From Eledone cirrhosa (taxonomy: Eukaryota): a stretch of DNA of 64,000 nt. Location: contig OZ024755.1 of assembly GCA_964016885.1 (NCBI GenBank), positions 34,162,001 through 34,226,000 on the forward strand. Reading direction: 5' to 3'. Position 1 is the first letter of the stretch, and every line of letters starts with the position of its first letter. This document shows, in pieces, positions 1-10,797 of the stretch. Position numbers and translations under genes: made by a program. The notes beneath the pieces are model-generated. The model made no database searches, was not told the DNA's origin, and saw nothing but the letters and a program-made list of their open reading frames with translations.

Positions 1-883
1 TCTCTACCAATACTGCCAATCCCCCTGCCCTAAATATAGAATAATGTAAACGCTATATGATTAAAGAGATGTGAAAATATACATAGAGAGCTTCTAGTTT
101 GACTATCCTCTTAACAACAAATAACTTGTCATCATCACTGTTTACCGTCCACTATTCCATTGGTTAGACAGGTTGTCCACACTGGGAAGCAAGTCTGGCC
201 AGAGTTGGCCTCAACATACCTTGTTTTGACGGGGACTGTAAAATTGGCCAGGTATATATTTTAACTCCCCTTTGATGGACAAAATTGCTTGATTCAAATT
301 ATACACAATGATTCATTATTATATGTTTTTTTTATACAAGTGATAAACAGTGTTTTATTTCTTTTTCTGACAATGATATGTTTATCATCTACTTTATGAG
401 GTTTAACTTCTTAAGATCAGCTTTCACCACTTCTACCCATGTTTAATTACTATGCAACATTGCACTATGTTCACAAATATTATATAATCTTTCATTGTTT
501 GGAAAGAGAATCCCTTTATTACCAACAGAGGAAACAACTCCCAGAAATGTTTGCACATATTCTAGCTACTAAACTTTCAGAGCACCTTCTTCCAGTGCTG
601 ATTCAATCACTGAGGTAACAGAAGCTATCAACTACTTTATGTAACTTTCTTAGCATTAGAAAGATTTGATTTTATTTGTGTACAAACTGCTTACTGCTCC
701 TATACATCTGGCACACATAAAGTTTACTTTTTCTGTTAGCCAAATTGCAACCCCTTAAACTGAGAATGCTGCATGGAATTCATAAAATCTTTTCTGCATA
801 TTGTTTGTCCATTTCCATGAGAGTAACAGAGTTTTATCTACTTTTATACTTACCAAAACTTAAGGTAATACCCCAAAACAAAA

Positions 884-1078
884 ATAATTGTTTCTACTTT
901 TGGGCACAAGGCCAGCAATTCCCCCAGTGCATTACTGGTGCTTTATTTTATCGACCCTGTAAGGATGAAAGGCAAAGCTAACTTTGGCAGGATTTGAATT
1001 CATCCTGTAAAGGGCCGTAACTCCATGCTGCAAAGCATGGTGTCTGACCCTCTACCGATACTGCCAATCCACTGCCCT
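884..1078 (-). mobile_element. tRNA-derived SINE family B (head GGCGGTGGATTGGCAGTATCGGTAGAG...GAGTTCAAATCC, core GCCTTTCATCCTTACGGGGTCGATAAAATAAAGTACCAG), representative copy
   Basis: Pol III A/B-box-like head and a conserved core. It recurs at about 1-30, 5128-5225, 9365-10010, 23390-23490, 25110-25452, 43465-43640, 50018-50210, 51062-51253, 52040-52360, 55864-56135, 59360-59543 and 60559-61240. The core resembles the Meta-SINE domain (from memory, unverified). Confidence 0.85.
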
Positions 1079-1140
1079 ACACAAAAATAATATACACCAG
1101 TTATGTGGACAATATGTACCAGATATATGGACAATATACA

Positions 1141-1900
1141 TCTGCTCAACACAATCTCCATCTCCTCCATCAACTCCTCAGCCTCCTTCACTGTGTTTGT
1201 CACTAGAACTATGTCATCGGCAAATTCAGCATCCGATATCTTTTTCGCCTTAACTTTGGGGCTGAGAATGAATGAGATTCAGATTAAGTACCTGGTAAAG
1301 AATATTAAGAAGCCAGAGGAGATTACTAATGTAGGCGGGAAGCCGCTAGAATTGGTTGAAGACTTCCTGTCTCTGGGAACAAAGAAATTGGGAATACAGA
1401 ATATGATGTGGTCGAGAGGAAGAGCAAAGCCTGGGAGACATGCCACAGTTTGAGATCGGTGAGGAAGTCAGATCTTTGTAAAGACCTGAAGATCCATCTC
1501 TTCGTTGCTGTAGTGGAGTCTGTACTACTGTACAGGTCTGAGACTTGGACACTGACCAAGAAACTCACTCAGATGGTGGATGGCTCTGGACATTAAACAG
1601 TATACACTGAGGATGAAGAACTCAGGGCCGTACGGGGGCCTTCCGAAAGTCAGCTCGAGAGTAGCACAGAGGAAACAGGTTAGCTGGACATGCTCACTGA
1701 CATCCAGAGCTGACACTGTACTCAGTGCTCCTGTGGAAGCTCCTGCATGGACACACCGGAAGAGGGAGATTGAGGTTGACATATGGTGATGCTCTAAGGA
1801 CAGACACTGGTCTCTTGGAGATGCAGGACATGGCAGTGATGATGAGGGACAGAGACCGCTGGAGAGAACTCATCCTTGGATCTCGGGAATTTTACCCGCC
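1141..1900 (+). pseudogene. 5'-truncated, 5'-inverted RTE-like LINE remnant (RT C-terminus)
   Basis: Plus strand 1251-1900 encodes frameshifted LGLRMNE...VEDFLSLG...KIHLFVAVVESVLLYRSETWTLTK. Minus strand 1250-1141 encodes AKKISDAEFADDIVLVTN (RT FADD motif). Confidence 0.85.
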
Positions 1901-1919
1901 CTACATAGATACATCAGTT

Positions 1920-2013
1920 ATGATGTAGACAATATACATCTGGTATGTAGACAATATACATCTGTTATGTAGACAATATACATCTGTTATGTAGACAATA
2001 TACATCTGGTATG
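1920..2013. repeat. 22-bp minisatellite (TATGTAGACAATATACATCTGK) flanking the LINE remnant
   Basis: About 4 copies here and diverged copies at 1092-1144. Confidence 0.85.
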
Positions 2014-2113
2014 TGTCTGGTTTGTTTTATTTTTTGGTTTTTGTGTGTGTCTGTATGTCTTCATCTTGTCCTTAATTACTGGTTGTGATGTTACTATTCC
2101 ACTCGTTTTCAGT

Positions 2114-2734
2114 TTAACTCTTTAACATTTACCTTACTCTATATATACTATTGTATTTTCACAGTAAAGGCTTTACCTCACATAATATCTCACATAACAT
2201 TTACATTACTCTATATATACTATTGTATTTTCACAGTAAAGTTTTACTTCACATAATATCTCACATAACATTTACACTACTCTATATATACTATTGTATT
2301 GTCACAGTAAAGGCTTTATCTCACATAACATTTACATTACTCTATATTTACTATTGTATTTTCACAGTAAAGGCTTTACCTCACATAATATCTCACATAA
2401 CATTTACATTACTCTATATATACTATTGTATTTTCACAGTAAAGGCTTTACCTCACATAATATCTCACATAACATTTACATTACTCTATATATACTATTG
2501 TATTTTCACAGTAAAGTCTTTACCTCACATAATATCTCACATAACATTTACATTACTCTATATATACTACTGTATTTTCATGGTAAAGGTTTTACCTCAC
2601 ATAATATCGAATCTATGAGATTTTGATATTATTTATTTTAATATCAGCATGAGTTGCCAGTTACGGCTGGTTTGAACAGAAAACGGTAAAAGAATTCTGG
2701 CCGACTTTGGCCAGTTTGAATGCTAAAGGGTTAA
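2114..2734 (+). mobile_element. piggyBac-type MITE (TTAA/CCCTTTAGCATTTA...TAAATGCTAAAGGG/TTAA) with an internal 72-bp tandem expansion
   Basis: TTAA at both ends with terminal inverted repeats. About 7 tandem units of about 72 bp at 2128-2610. Unexpanded copies are about 210-230 bp. Confidence 0.8.
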
Positions 2735-2830
2735 TTTTTGGGTGGAGTTTGATTATGTTTGTCGCTTTCAGTTCAAAAGTGAAGTAAATATATATAAATA
2801 TATGTGTGTGTGTGTATATATATATATATG

Positions 2831-2883
<53 letters not shown>

Positions 2884-2986
2884 CTGTATATATATATGTA
2901 GGAGGTGAGTTTTATTGTAGCACAATAAAGCAATGCAAATATCGGATAAGTAGCACTCAACAGTTTATTGGACTGGAGTATATATA

Positions 2987-3084
2987 TAAGAACAAATTAA
3001 AAGATGGTTAAAAAGTTCCATGTATTTGAAATGCGCATAATAAAATACATGGAACTTTTTTAACCATCTTTTAATTTCTTCTTA
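2987..3084. repeat. fold-back hairpin between (TA)n tracts
   Basis: Arms 2987-3027 and 3043-3084 are near-perfect reverse complements; loop GAAATGCGCATAATA. Confidence 0.9.
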
Positions 3085-3162
3085 CATGTATATATATATA
3101 TTTATATATATATATATATATATATGTGTGTATATATATATGTATATATGTATATATATATA

Positions 3163-3718
3163 TCATTGGATACCAGCAGGGTTGCAGGTGTGATATCAGA
3201 GTTTTCCTTCTCCTAGAATTCTGCCTTGACAAAGGCTAAGGGGTCATCTCTCCCGACGATTTTGGATGACCATTGACTCTTAAGAGCTCCTTTTCCCTTT
3301 GACAGATTTTGTTTTTAGTCCTGCAGGATGTCCAAAGTCACCCTCCTCACCAAGAAACCTTGGTGGGGTTGCCAGTTTAGTCGCCAACGACGCGACAATG
3401 ATGTTGACTTGTTCTTCTTTTTGGTAAATATCATCTTGGTTAAGAGAGTGGGACTGGCTTTGTGCAGTGCCTTTGCTCACTATAAAAGCTTCACGGCACA
3501 GGCATTGCTTTATATCTGGAGATCTCTCTGCACTTGTCGTCACATGGTTCCATGGGCCCAGCACTATGTGTCAATAATTATCACAAGTGTAGTGTTTGTA
3601 CCAGAGTTTTCAAGTTGCTGGCTGGACTAAAAAGTCACACTCGTTCAGCGCATCGGTAGGGGTTCTCCTACATGGATATAAAGTAGTGGCCGTACTCGAA
3701 AACGAGTTGGCAGCCACC
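3163..3718 (-). mobile_element. dispersed repeat resembling an RTE 5' UTR or SINE, flanked by (TA)n
   Basis: Diverged opposite-orientation copy at about 34075-34320 (CTAAACTGGCAACC...CTAGGAGAAGG..ACTCTGATAT). Confidence 0.55.
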
Positions 3719-4841
3719 ATATATATATATATTTATATACATATATAAATATATATATATATGATTATATGTATGTCTATATATTTATATATATATGTAT
3801 GTATATATATATGTATATATATATATATATTTATATACATATATAAATATATATATATATGATTATATGTATGTATGTATATATATAGAGAGAGAGAGAG
3901 TGTGTGTATATGAATCAGTGTATTATTGGTGGGGGTCCAACAATCAATGCACAGGCAGAGTGTATATATTAACATGTTTTGTTTACATATATTTAGGTTT
4001 TTAGTGTGTATCAACCTGTTATGGGTGTTTTTCAGAGGATTTGCTCAAGGTCATCCATGTAGGAAATTCTGCCAAAACTAAGAAGCAAAGTCTCTCAATT
4101 TATAGAGTGATGCCATCTGATGTCTCTGGAGACAGCTTTCATCATACATTGGTCATGGTGTGCCAAAAATCATCATATTTCTTCTTCTCTTTCCCCTCCA
4201 GATATGTACCTGCTTAAAATATTTTCTTATATTCTCTACAGATCATACTAACATGAGGGAGACCTGCCTTGGGATTGGTAAAACGTGGCAAAGAAAATAT
4301 ATACTGTACTGTTTCATAAAACAATCTGTCAGTAAAACTATATTTTTATCCAATTTAATTCAACTAAGAGCTTTATCAATTTAAAAAAAATATATTTTAA
4401 ATTTATAAAATTTAAATATGAATTTAATTCCAAAGAGAAGAAACTGAAACAGTTTTCTCAGAGAGTTCCTTATACTCTGAAGAAGGGAATTTTAATCCTA
4501 TAATATTAGGATGAAAGAAACAACAGCAACAAAAAAATAACAAAAAACAAAGATTACCAGGTAACTAACTTCTTTGTTACCTCCATCTTACCATCCAGTT
4601 TGCATTGTTTATCCTTGTATCACTTTCCACATTATATATTATATACAATGCTTCAAGCAAATTACAACATTTGCTTATTTTGTTTTCATTTATAAATCAA
4701 AAGAGAAAGAAAAAAGAGAAATTTGTCAATCTTACTTTTATGAATTCCTTCTAGTATCTTCATCATGTGCTAAATTCTGTGGAACACATCATACCAATGA
4801 GATAATTGTATTTACAAAAGAAGTTATCTGTAATCATAGAA

Positions 4842-5060
4842 AGGATAAGAGTTAAAGAATTGATTTATTAAAAATTAATAGCAGCAGATATGGGAAAAGA
4901 AATATTGTTTTGTAATTATTTTACAGAGAAAATACAAAACAGTATAAAGATATATATGAACCAATTCTTTCTATTTAACCATAACTCATTGGGGAATCAT
5001 AAGGGCATTTTAAAACCTGGTGGTATCCATCTCCTTCCCAGGTCTGAATACAGCAGATTT
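4842..5060 (+). repeat. about 200-bp dispersed direct repeat, second copy at 10228-10410
   Basis: Shared AGGATAAGAGTTAAAGAATTGATTTATTAAAAATTAATAGCAGCAGATATGG...CTCCTTCCCAGGTCTGAATACAGCAGATT; the second copy has an internal deletion. Confidence 0.85.
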
Positions 5061-6236
5061 CTTCCAGTGATGGATAGAGAGAGTGAGAGAGAGGAAGTGA
5101 GAAAGAGATACAGAAGAAGAACGAACACCAGTACTAGACTGGTATTTTTTTATCGACTTCAAATAGATGAAAGGCAAAGTTGACTTCAGCAGGATTTGAA
5201 TACACAGTTCTAATGATTCTGCCAATTATATGACCTGATATGTTTACATATATTACCATACATCAAGTTTCACTGTGAGTCTTTAAGCTGTAACCATGTT
5301 GCAACTACTTCAACAGCTAGGACAAAAATGGCGGATGCATATTCATCTAAGCTTCTTTTCTTTTCAAAGAACACAAAATAGTCAGAAATTATTATTAGTT
5401 TTACCATTACTGCTCTTATGTTACTATGTTTAAGAATCCAAAAGTTTTGATTAATATATATCAAAAGGAGAGAAGGAAATATCATTTTCATCTTACTTTC
5501 ATGTAATAGAAAACTAATCTGAAGTCTGTCTGAAGCGAGAAGGCTCATTAGGCTAGTGCTTATCCCAGTTCCATGGTGTGAAGTGGCTGAGAGTACAAGA
5601 CTTCCCCTGGACAGGATGCCAGTCCATGGCAGTGTTAAAGTCTGTCTGAAGCCCTCATATCCTCCATCTCTCTTTTACTCAGTGTATATCATCATCGTCA
5701 TCATCATCGTTTAACATCTATCTTCGACGCTAGCGTGGGTTGGACGGGTTTGTCCCACTTGAGGCAAGATTGGTCGGGTGACTGTATCTCGCTTGAACAG
5801 AACTGCTTCTGGCAGGTTTTCTACAGCTGGATGCCCTTCCTAACACCAACCTCATTTACAGAGGGGACTGGGTGTTTTTTGTCTTAACATCTACACGACC
5901 ACTTTAGAGTGGACGGAAGTAGGAGAATGCAGTAGGGAGTGCGGAACAGGGTGTATATTGGGTTAAGAGGTGCCTACTGACTGCATATATACTCTGAAAT
6001 TGTCGGTAGTGATGCATTTTCATCCTCTGCCTTTGTTGTTGGTTTGTGAGTTATTGTGGTAGCTTCTAGATAGTGTATGTAGGAGGAGGTGGAGGGAAGA
6101 GTGATCACAGACAAACAGTAGAATAAACCGCCACCCTTTCGTGAGCTGGAATGGCTCTTCCAGCACGTCTCCCTCACTATCCTCCACCGTAACACCTTCT
6201 CTATATTGTCCGCCAGGGACGCGAAGCTGCCAGCAT

Positions 6237-8100
6237 GTGAGAGATGGGGAGAGCGGCAGGGACGGAGGCAGTGAAAGTGGGAGTTTGGTTCCTTTGTGTT
6301 CGGACCTGGTGTATATGAGAGATGGGGAGAGTGGGAGAGATGGAGGCAGTGAGAGTTTGGTTCCTTTGTGTTCGGACCTGGTGTATATGAAAGATGGGGA
6401 GAGTGGGAGAGACGGAGGCAGTGACAGTGGGAGTTTGGTTCCTTTGTGTTTGGACCTGGTGTATATGAAAGATGGTGAGAGTGGGAGAGACGGAGGCAGT
6501 GACGGTGGGTGTTTGGTTCCTTTGTGTTCGGACCTGGTGTATATGAGAGATGGGGAGAGTGGGAGAGACAGAGGCAGTGACAGTGGGAGTTTGGTTCCTT
6601 TGTGTTTGGACCTGGTGTATATGAGAGATGGGGAGAGTGGGAGAGACAGAGGCAGTGACAGTGGGGGTTTGGTTCCTTTGTGTTTGGACCTGGTGTATAT
6701 GAGAGATAGGGAGAGCAGGAGAGATGGAGGCAGTGACAGTGGGGGTTTGGTTCCTTTGTGTTTGGACCTGGTGTATATGAAAGATGGGGAGAGTGGGAGA
6801 GACGGAGGCAGTGACAGTGGGTGTTTGGTTCCTTTGTGTTTGGACCTGGTGTATATGAAAGATGGGGAGAGTGGGAGAGACGGAGGCAGTGACAGTGGGT
6901 GTTTGGTTCCTTTGTGTTTGGACCTGGTGTATATGAAAGATGGGGAGAGTGGGAGAGACAGAGGCAGTGACAGTGGGAGTTTGGTTCCTTTGTGTTTGGA
7001 CCTGGTGTATATGAAAGATGGGGAGAGTGGGAGAGACGGAGGCAGTGACAGTGGGTGTTTGGTTCCTTTGTGTTCGGACCTGGTGTATATGAGAGATGGG
7101 GAGAGTGGGAGAGACGGAGGCAGTGACAGTGGGTGTTTGGTTCCTTTGTGTTCGGACCTGGTGTATATGAAAGATGGGGAGAGTGGGAGAGACGGAGGCA
7201 GTGACAGTGGGTGTTTGGTTCCTTTGTGTTCGGACCTGGTGTATATGAGAGATGGGGAGAGTGGGAGAGACAGAGGCAGTGACAGTGGGAGTTTGGTTCC
7301 TTTGTGTTTGGACCTGGTGTATATGAGAGATGGGGAGAGTGGGAGAGATGGAGGCAGTGAAAGTGGGAGTTTGGTTCCTTTGTGTTCGAACCTGGTGTAT
7401 ATGAGAGATGGGGAGAGTGGGAGAGACGGAGGCAGTGACAGTGGGAGTTTGGTTCCTTTGTGTTTGGACCTGGTGTATATGAAAGATGGGGAGAGTGGGA
7501 GAGATGGAGGCAGTGACAGTGGGAGTTTGGTTCCTTTGTGTTTGGACCTGGTGTATATGAGAGATGGGGAGAGTGGGAGAGATGGAGGCAGTGACAGTGG
7601 GTGTTTGGTTCCTTTGTGTTTGGACCTGGTGTATATGAGAGATGGGGAGAGTGGGAGAGACAGAGGCAGTGACAGTGGGTGTTTGGTTCCTTTGTGTTTG
7701 GACCTGGTGTATATGAGAGATGGGGAGAGTGGGAGAGACAGAGGCAGTGAGAGTTTGGTTCCTTTGTGTTTGGACCTGGTGTATATGAGAGATGGGGAGA
7801 GTGGGAGAGATGGAGGCAGTGACAGTGGGAGTTTGGTTCCTTTGTGTTTGGACCTGGTGTATATGAGAGATGGGGAGAGTGGGAGAGACGGAGGCAGTGA
7901 CAGTGGGAGTTTGGTTCCTTTGTGTTTGGACCTGGTGTATATGAAAGATGGTGAGAGTGGGAGAGACGGAGGCAGTGACGGTGGGTGTTTGGTTCCTTTG
8001 TGTTTGGACCTGGTGTATATGAGAGATGGGGAGAGTGGGAGAGATGGAGGCAGTGACAGTGGGAGTTTGGTTCCTTTGTGTTTGGACCTGGTGTATATGA
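6237..8100. repeat. 63-bp minisatellite, about 30 copies
   Basis: Unit ATGAGAGATGGGGAGAGTGGGAGAGACGGAGGCAGTGACAGTGGGAGTTTGGTTCCTTTGTGTTTGGACCTGGTGTAT family (the unit as written is 78 nt, matching the 26-aa period of the translated ORF, so about 24 copies of 78 bp is the better count). Confidence 0.6.
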
Positions 8101-8169
8101 ATATAGTTATTTACCACACCAGACCTTATAAAAGATCTAGCTGTATATTGGTATTTTAGTATATTGGTT

Positions 8170-8400
8170 GCTGGAAGATTATTCTTGAGCTTGTCTTTGT
8201 ACCTGAACCATACCACATTTCTATATCCACAATGAAGCTGGCTGTACAAGAGGACTCTTGGTAATTCTTGTCACAGATTCTGGTGATGTAACCAGCTCAG
8301 AGTAGTTGTGATTTCATACAAAAGGTCTTAATGCCTCCAATTCTGCCTTTAGTGAAGAGTTCAGTATTAGATATTTTGTCTTGGAGTGTGTACCCACATA
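8170..8400 (-). pseudogene. decayed RTE-like LINE 3' coding fragment
   Basis: Frameshifted minus-strand translation SNTELFTKGRIGGIKTFCMKSQLL*AGYITRI...LYSQLHCGYRN...RYKDKLKNNL resembles the RTE C-terminus (QLRWAGHxxRM). Confidence 0.65.
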
Positions 8401-8460
8401 TTGCCCCCAAACAACTTTCATATATATATGTGTGTGTATATCTATATATATATATATATA

Positions 8461-8848
8461 ATCATCATCATTTCATTTTATGTCCCCTTTTTCCCTGCTT
8501 GCAAGCGTGGGACGGGAACTGATTCTGGCTTGATTTCTACAGCTGGATGCCCTTCCTAACCCCAACCTCATTTACAGTGAGTGCTGGGTACTTTTTTCCG
8601 TGGGCACCTCCACGACCGCTTTACAGTGAGTGCTGGGTGCTTTTTTGCTGTGTCACCTGCACGACCACTTTGCAGTGGAATGATAGGGACCCCAGTCCCT
8701 ATCATCTCATTTCTACAGCTGAGTAAACTGGAGAAATGTGAAATAAAGTGTCTTGTTCAAGGAAACAACACATCATCAGGTCTGAGAATTGAACTCACAA
8801 CCTTTCAATTGCAAGGCTTATGCTCTAACCACTAAGCCAAGTGCCTCC
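8461..8848 (-). mobile_element. tRNA-derived SINE family A (CORE/V-like centre, RTE-derived tail)
   Basis: Same family as 18699-19043. Confidence 0.9.
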
Positions 8849-8935
8849 ATATATATATAGCGGCAGAACACTGGAAAGTAATATCCATAGTGGTAGAGCA
8901 CTCAGTACATGGGACGAGTTAGGTAGAAGTGGTCA

Positions 8936-8973
8936 CGAGCTGAGGATCCGCTAAGGTGAAACAATTGTTCTCG
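8936..8973 (+). ncRNA. minimal type I hammerhead ribozyme motif
   Basis: CGAG-CUGAGGA-UCCGCUAAGGU-GAAA-CAAUUG-UU/CUCG. Stem I is CGAG/CUCG, stem III is the palindrome ACAAUUGU, stem II is weak. Confidence 0.65.
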
Positions 8974-9024
8974 GTATGGTGAACTAACTGTTGTGTAACC
9001 ACTTCTCTCTCTCTCTCTCTCTCT

Positions 9025-9076
<52 letters not shown>

Positions 9077-9364
9077 AGAGAGAGAGAGAGAGAGGGAGGG
9101 AGAGAGAGAGAGAGAGAGATAAAATCCTGACTGCGGCACCACACATATATGTTTCTGTATATATGTATATATATGTACACACACACACATATATGCATTT
9201 GTGTGTGTGTAAATAATTCTTCTTCCATTCTCTGTTACTACATATGTCTCTCTATTCTTTGGCTTCAACTGAAATTTCTTTTGCATCAGCAACTCCAGTC
9301 ATGGTATATATTTCTGAAGAGATATTTCACTGGTTTTCAGCTAAATTACTGTATATTAGAGTCA

Positions 9365-9810
9365 CCCAAGTTAACTTTGCCTTTCATCCTTACGGGGTCG
9401 ATAAAATAAAGTACCAGTAATGCACTGGGCTAATTGCTGGCCTTGTGCAAAAAGTAGAAACATTACTAGTTGAAGTCAGACAATATGCTTTGCAGCATAG
9501 AGTTATGTCCCTTTACGTGTTGAGTTCAAATCCCACCGAGGTTAGCTTTGCCTTTCATCCTTACGGGGTCGATAAAATAAAGTACCAGTAATGCACTGGG
9601 ATAATTGCTGGCCTTGTGCCAAAAGTAGAAACATTATTAGTTGAAGTCAGACAATATGCTTTGCAGCATAGAGTTATGTCCCTTTACGTTTTGAGTTCAA
9701 ATCCCTCCGAGGTTAGCTTTGCCTTTCATCCTTACGGGGTTGATAAAATAAAGTACCAGTAACGCACTGGGATAATTGTTGGCCTTGTGCCAAAAGTAGA
9801 AACCATTATT
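9365..9810 (+). mobile_element. tandem array of SINE B units
   Basis: Three head-to-tail core copies with a period of about 171 bp. Confidence 0.85.
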
Positions 9811-10585
9811 AGAATTGTTAGAGCATCAGACAAATGTGTAGTAGTGATAGCTTTAGCTCGATATTCTGAGTTCAAATCCTGCCATGGTCAACTTTGCCTC
9901 TTATCCTTCTGAGATTGGAATGATGAGATTTATATAATTAAGAACTGGGATTTATCTAATTGGCTTACCTTCTCCTCAAAATGACTGTCCCTAAATCAGA
10001 ACCCATTATTTCTCATACTATAGTTGTTTTCTATTACAATGACTCCATTACTAAACCTTTGGTATATATATCCTATGTTGGGGCAACATTAACAACAGAC
10101 AAAAATAGTTTTTCCCTTTACATACGCACTACCATGTCATGTATAATAAACTATTCTAATGAGAATATTTTCCCTGCCCAGCTTGTTGGCTATCTCTTAC
10201 ATTGAGCCATGAAGACACCCTCAGTTTTAGGATAAGAGTTAAAGAATTGATTTATTAAAAATTAATAGCAGCAGATATGGAAAAAGGAATATTGTTTTGT
10301 AATTATTTTAGAGAGAAAATACAATATTTAACCATAACTCATTGGGGAATCATAAGCCCATTTTAAAACCTGGCAGTGTCCTCTCCTTCCCAGGTCTGAA
10401 TACAGCAGATTGTTATCTTTTGTTCTGGCAGCGGTTCGTTTGTCCACCCCTTTCACCTGCCTTTTGTAGTATGAGGTCCTAGATGTGTGCTATTACCTGC
10501 CTGTGTGTTTTTTTAATTTTTTCCTTCCCTTTTTCTCTTTTTATTTGTAATATTATGATGATGGTTATATTGACAAATACAGTTT

Positions 10586-10797
10586 TTAACCCTTTAGCAT
10601 TTAAACTGGCCGTATCCAGCTAGAATTCTCTCACTTATTTCAGTTCTAACCAGTCACAATCATCACTCATACCAACATTAAGGTATGATTTTCAAAATAA
10701 ATATTAATTTCTCGTATTTTCAATATTATGTGGGATAAAGCCTTTATTGTGAAAATACAATAGTAAATATAGAGTAATGTGAATGGTAAAGGGTTAA
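10586..10797 (-). mobile_element. piggyBac-type MITE, unexpanded copy
   Basis: TTAACCCTTTAGCATTTA ... GAATGGTAAAGGGTTAA. Other copies at 21265-21726 (interrupted by a LINE piece), 31696-31925, 35177-36014 (four pieces), 42520-42730, 42897-43300 (two, fused) and 59094-59668. Confidence 0.85.

Noticed and set aside
4470-4525. CUGAAGA...hairpin...GAAA
   Set aside because: Eleven unpaired nt before the hairpin, and no stem III or stem I.
4736-4827. Minus-strand exon candidate (TTACAG...GTAAG)
   Set aside because: Stops in all three frames; cannot be supported as coding without RNA data.
5974-6200. Possible third GIY-YIG C-terminal remnant (YLEATTITHKPT)
   Set aside because: Similarity too weak to call by eye and no associated hammerhead.
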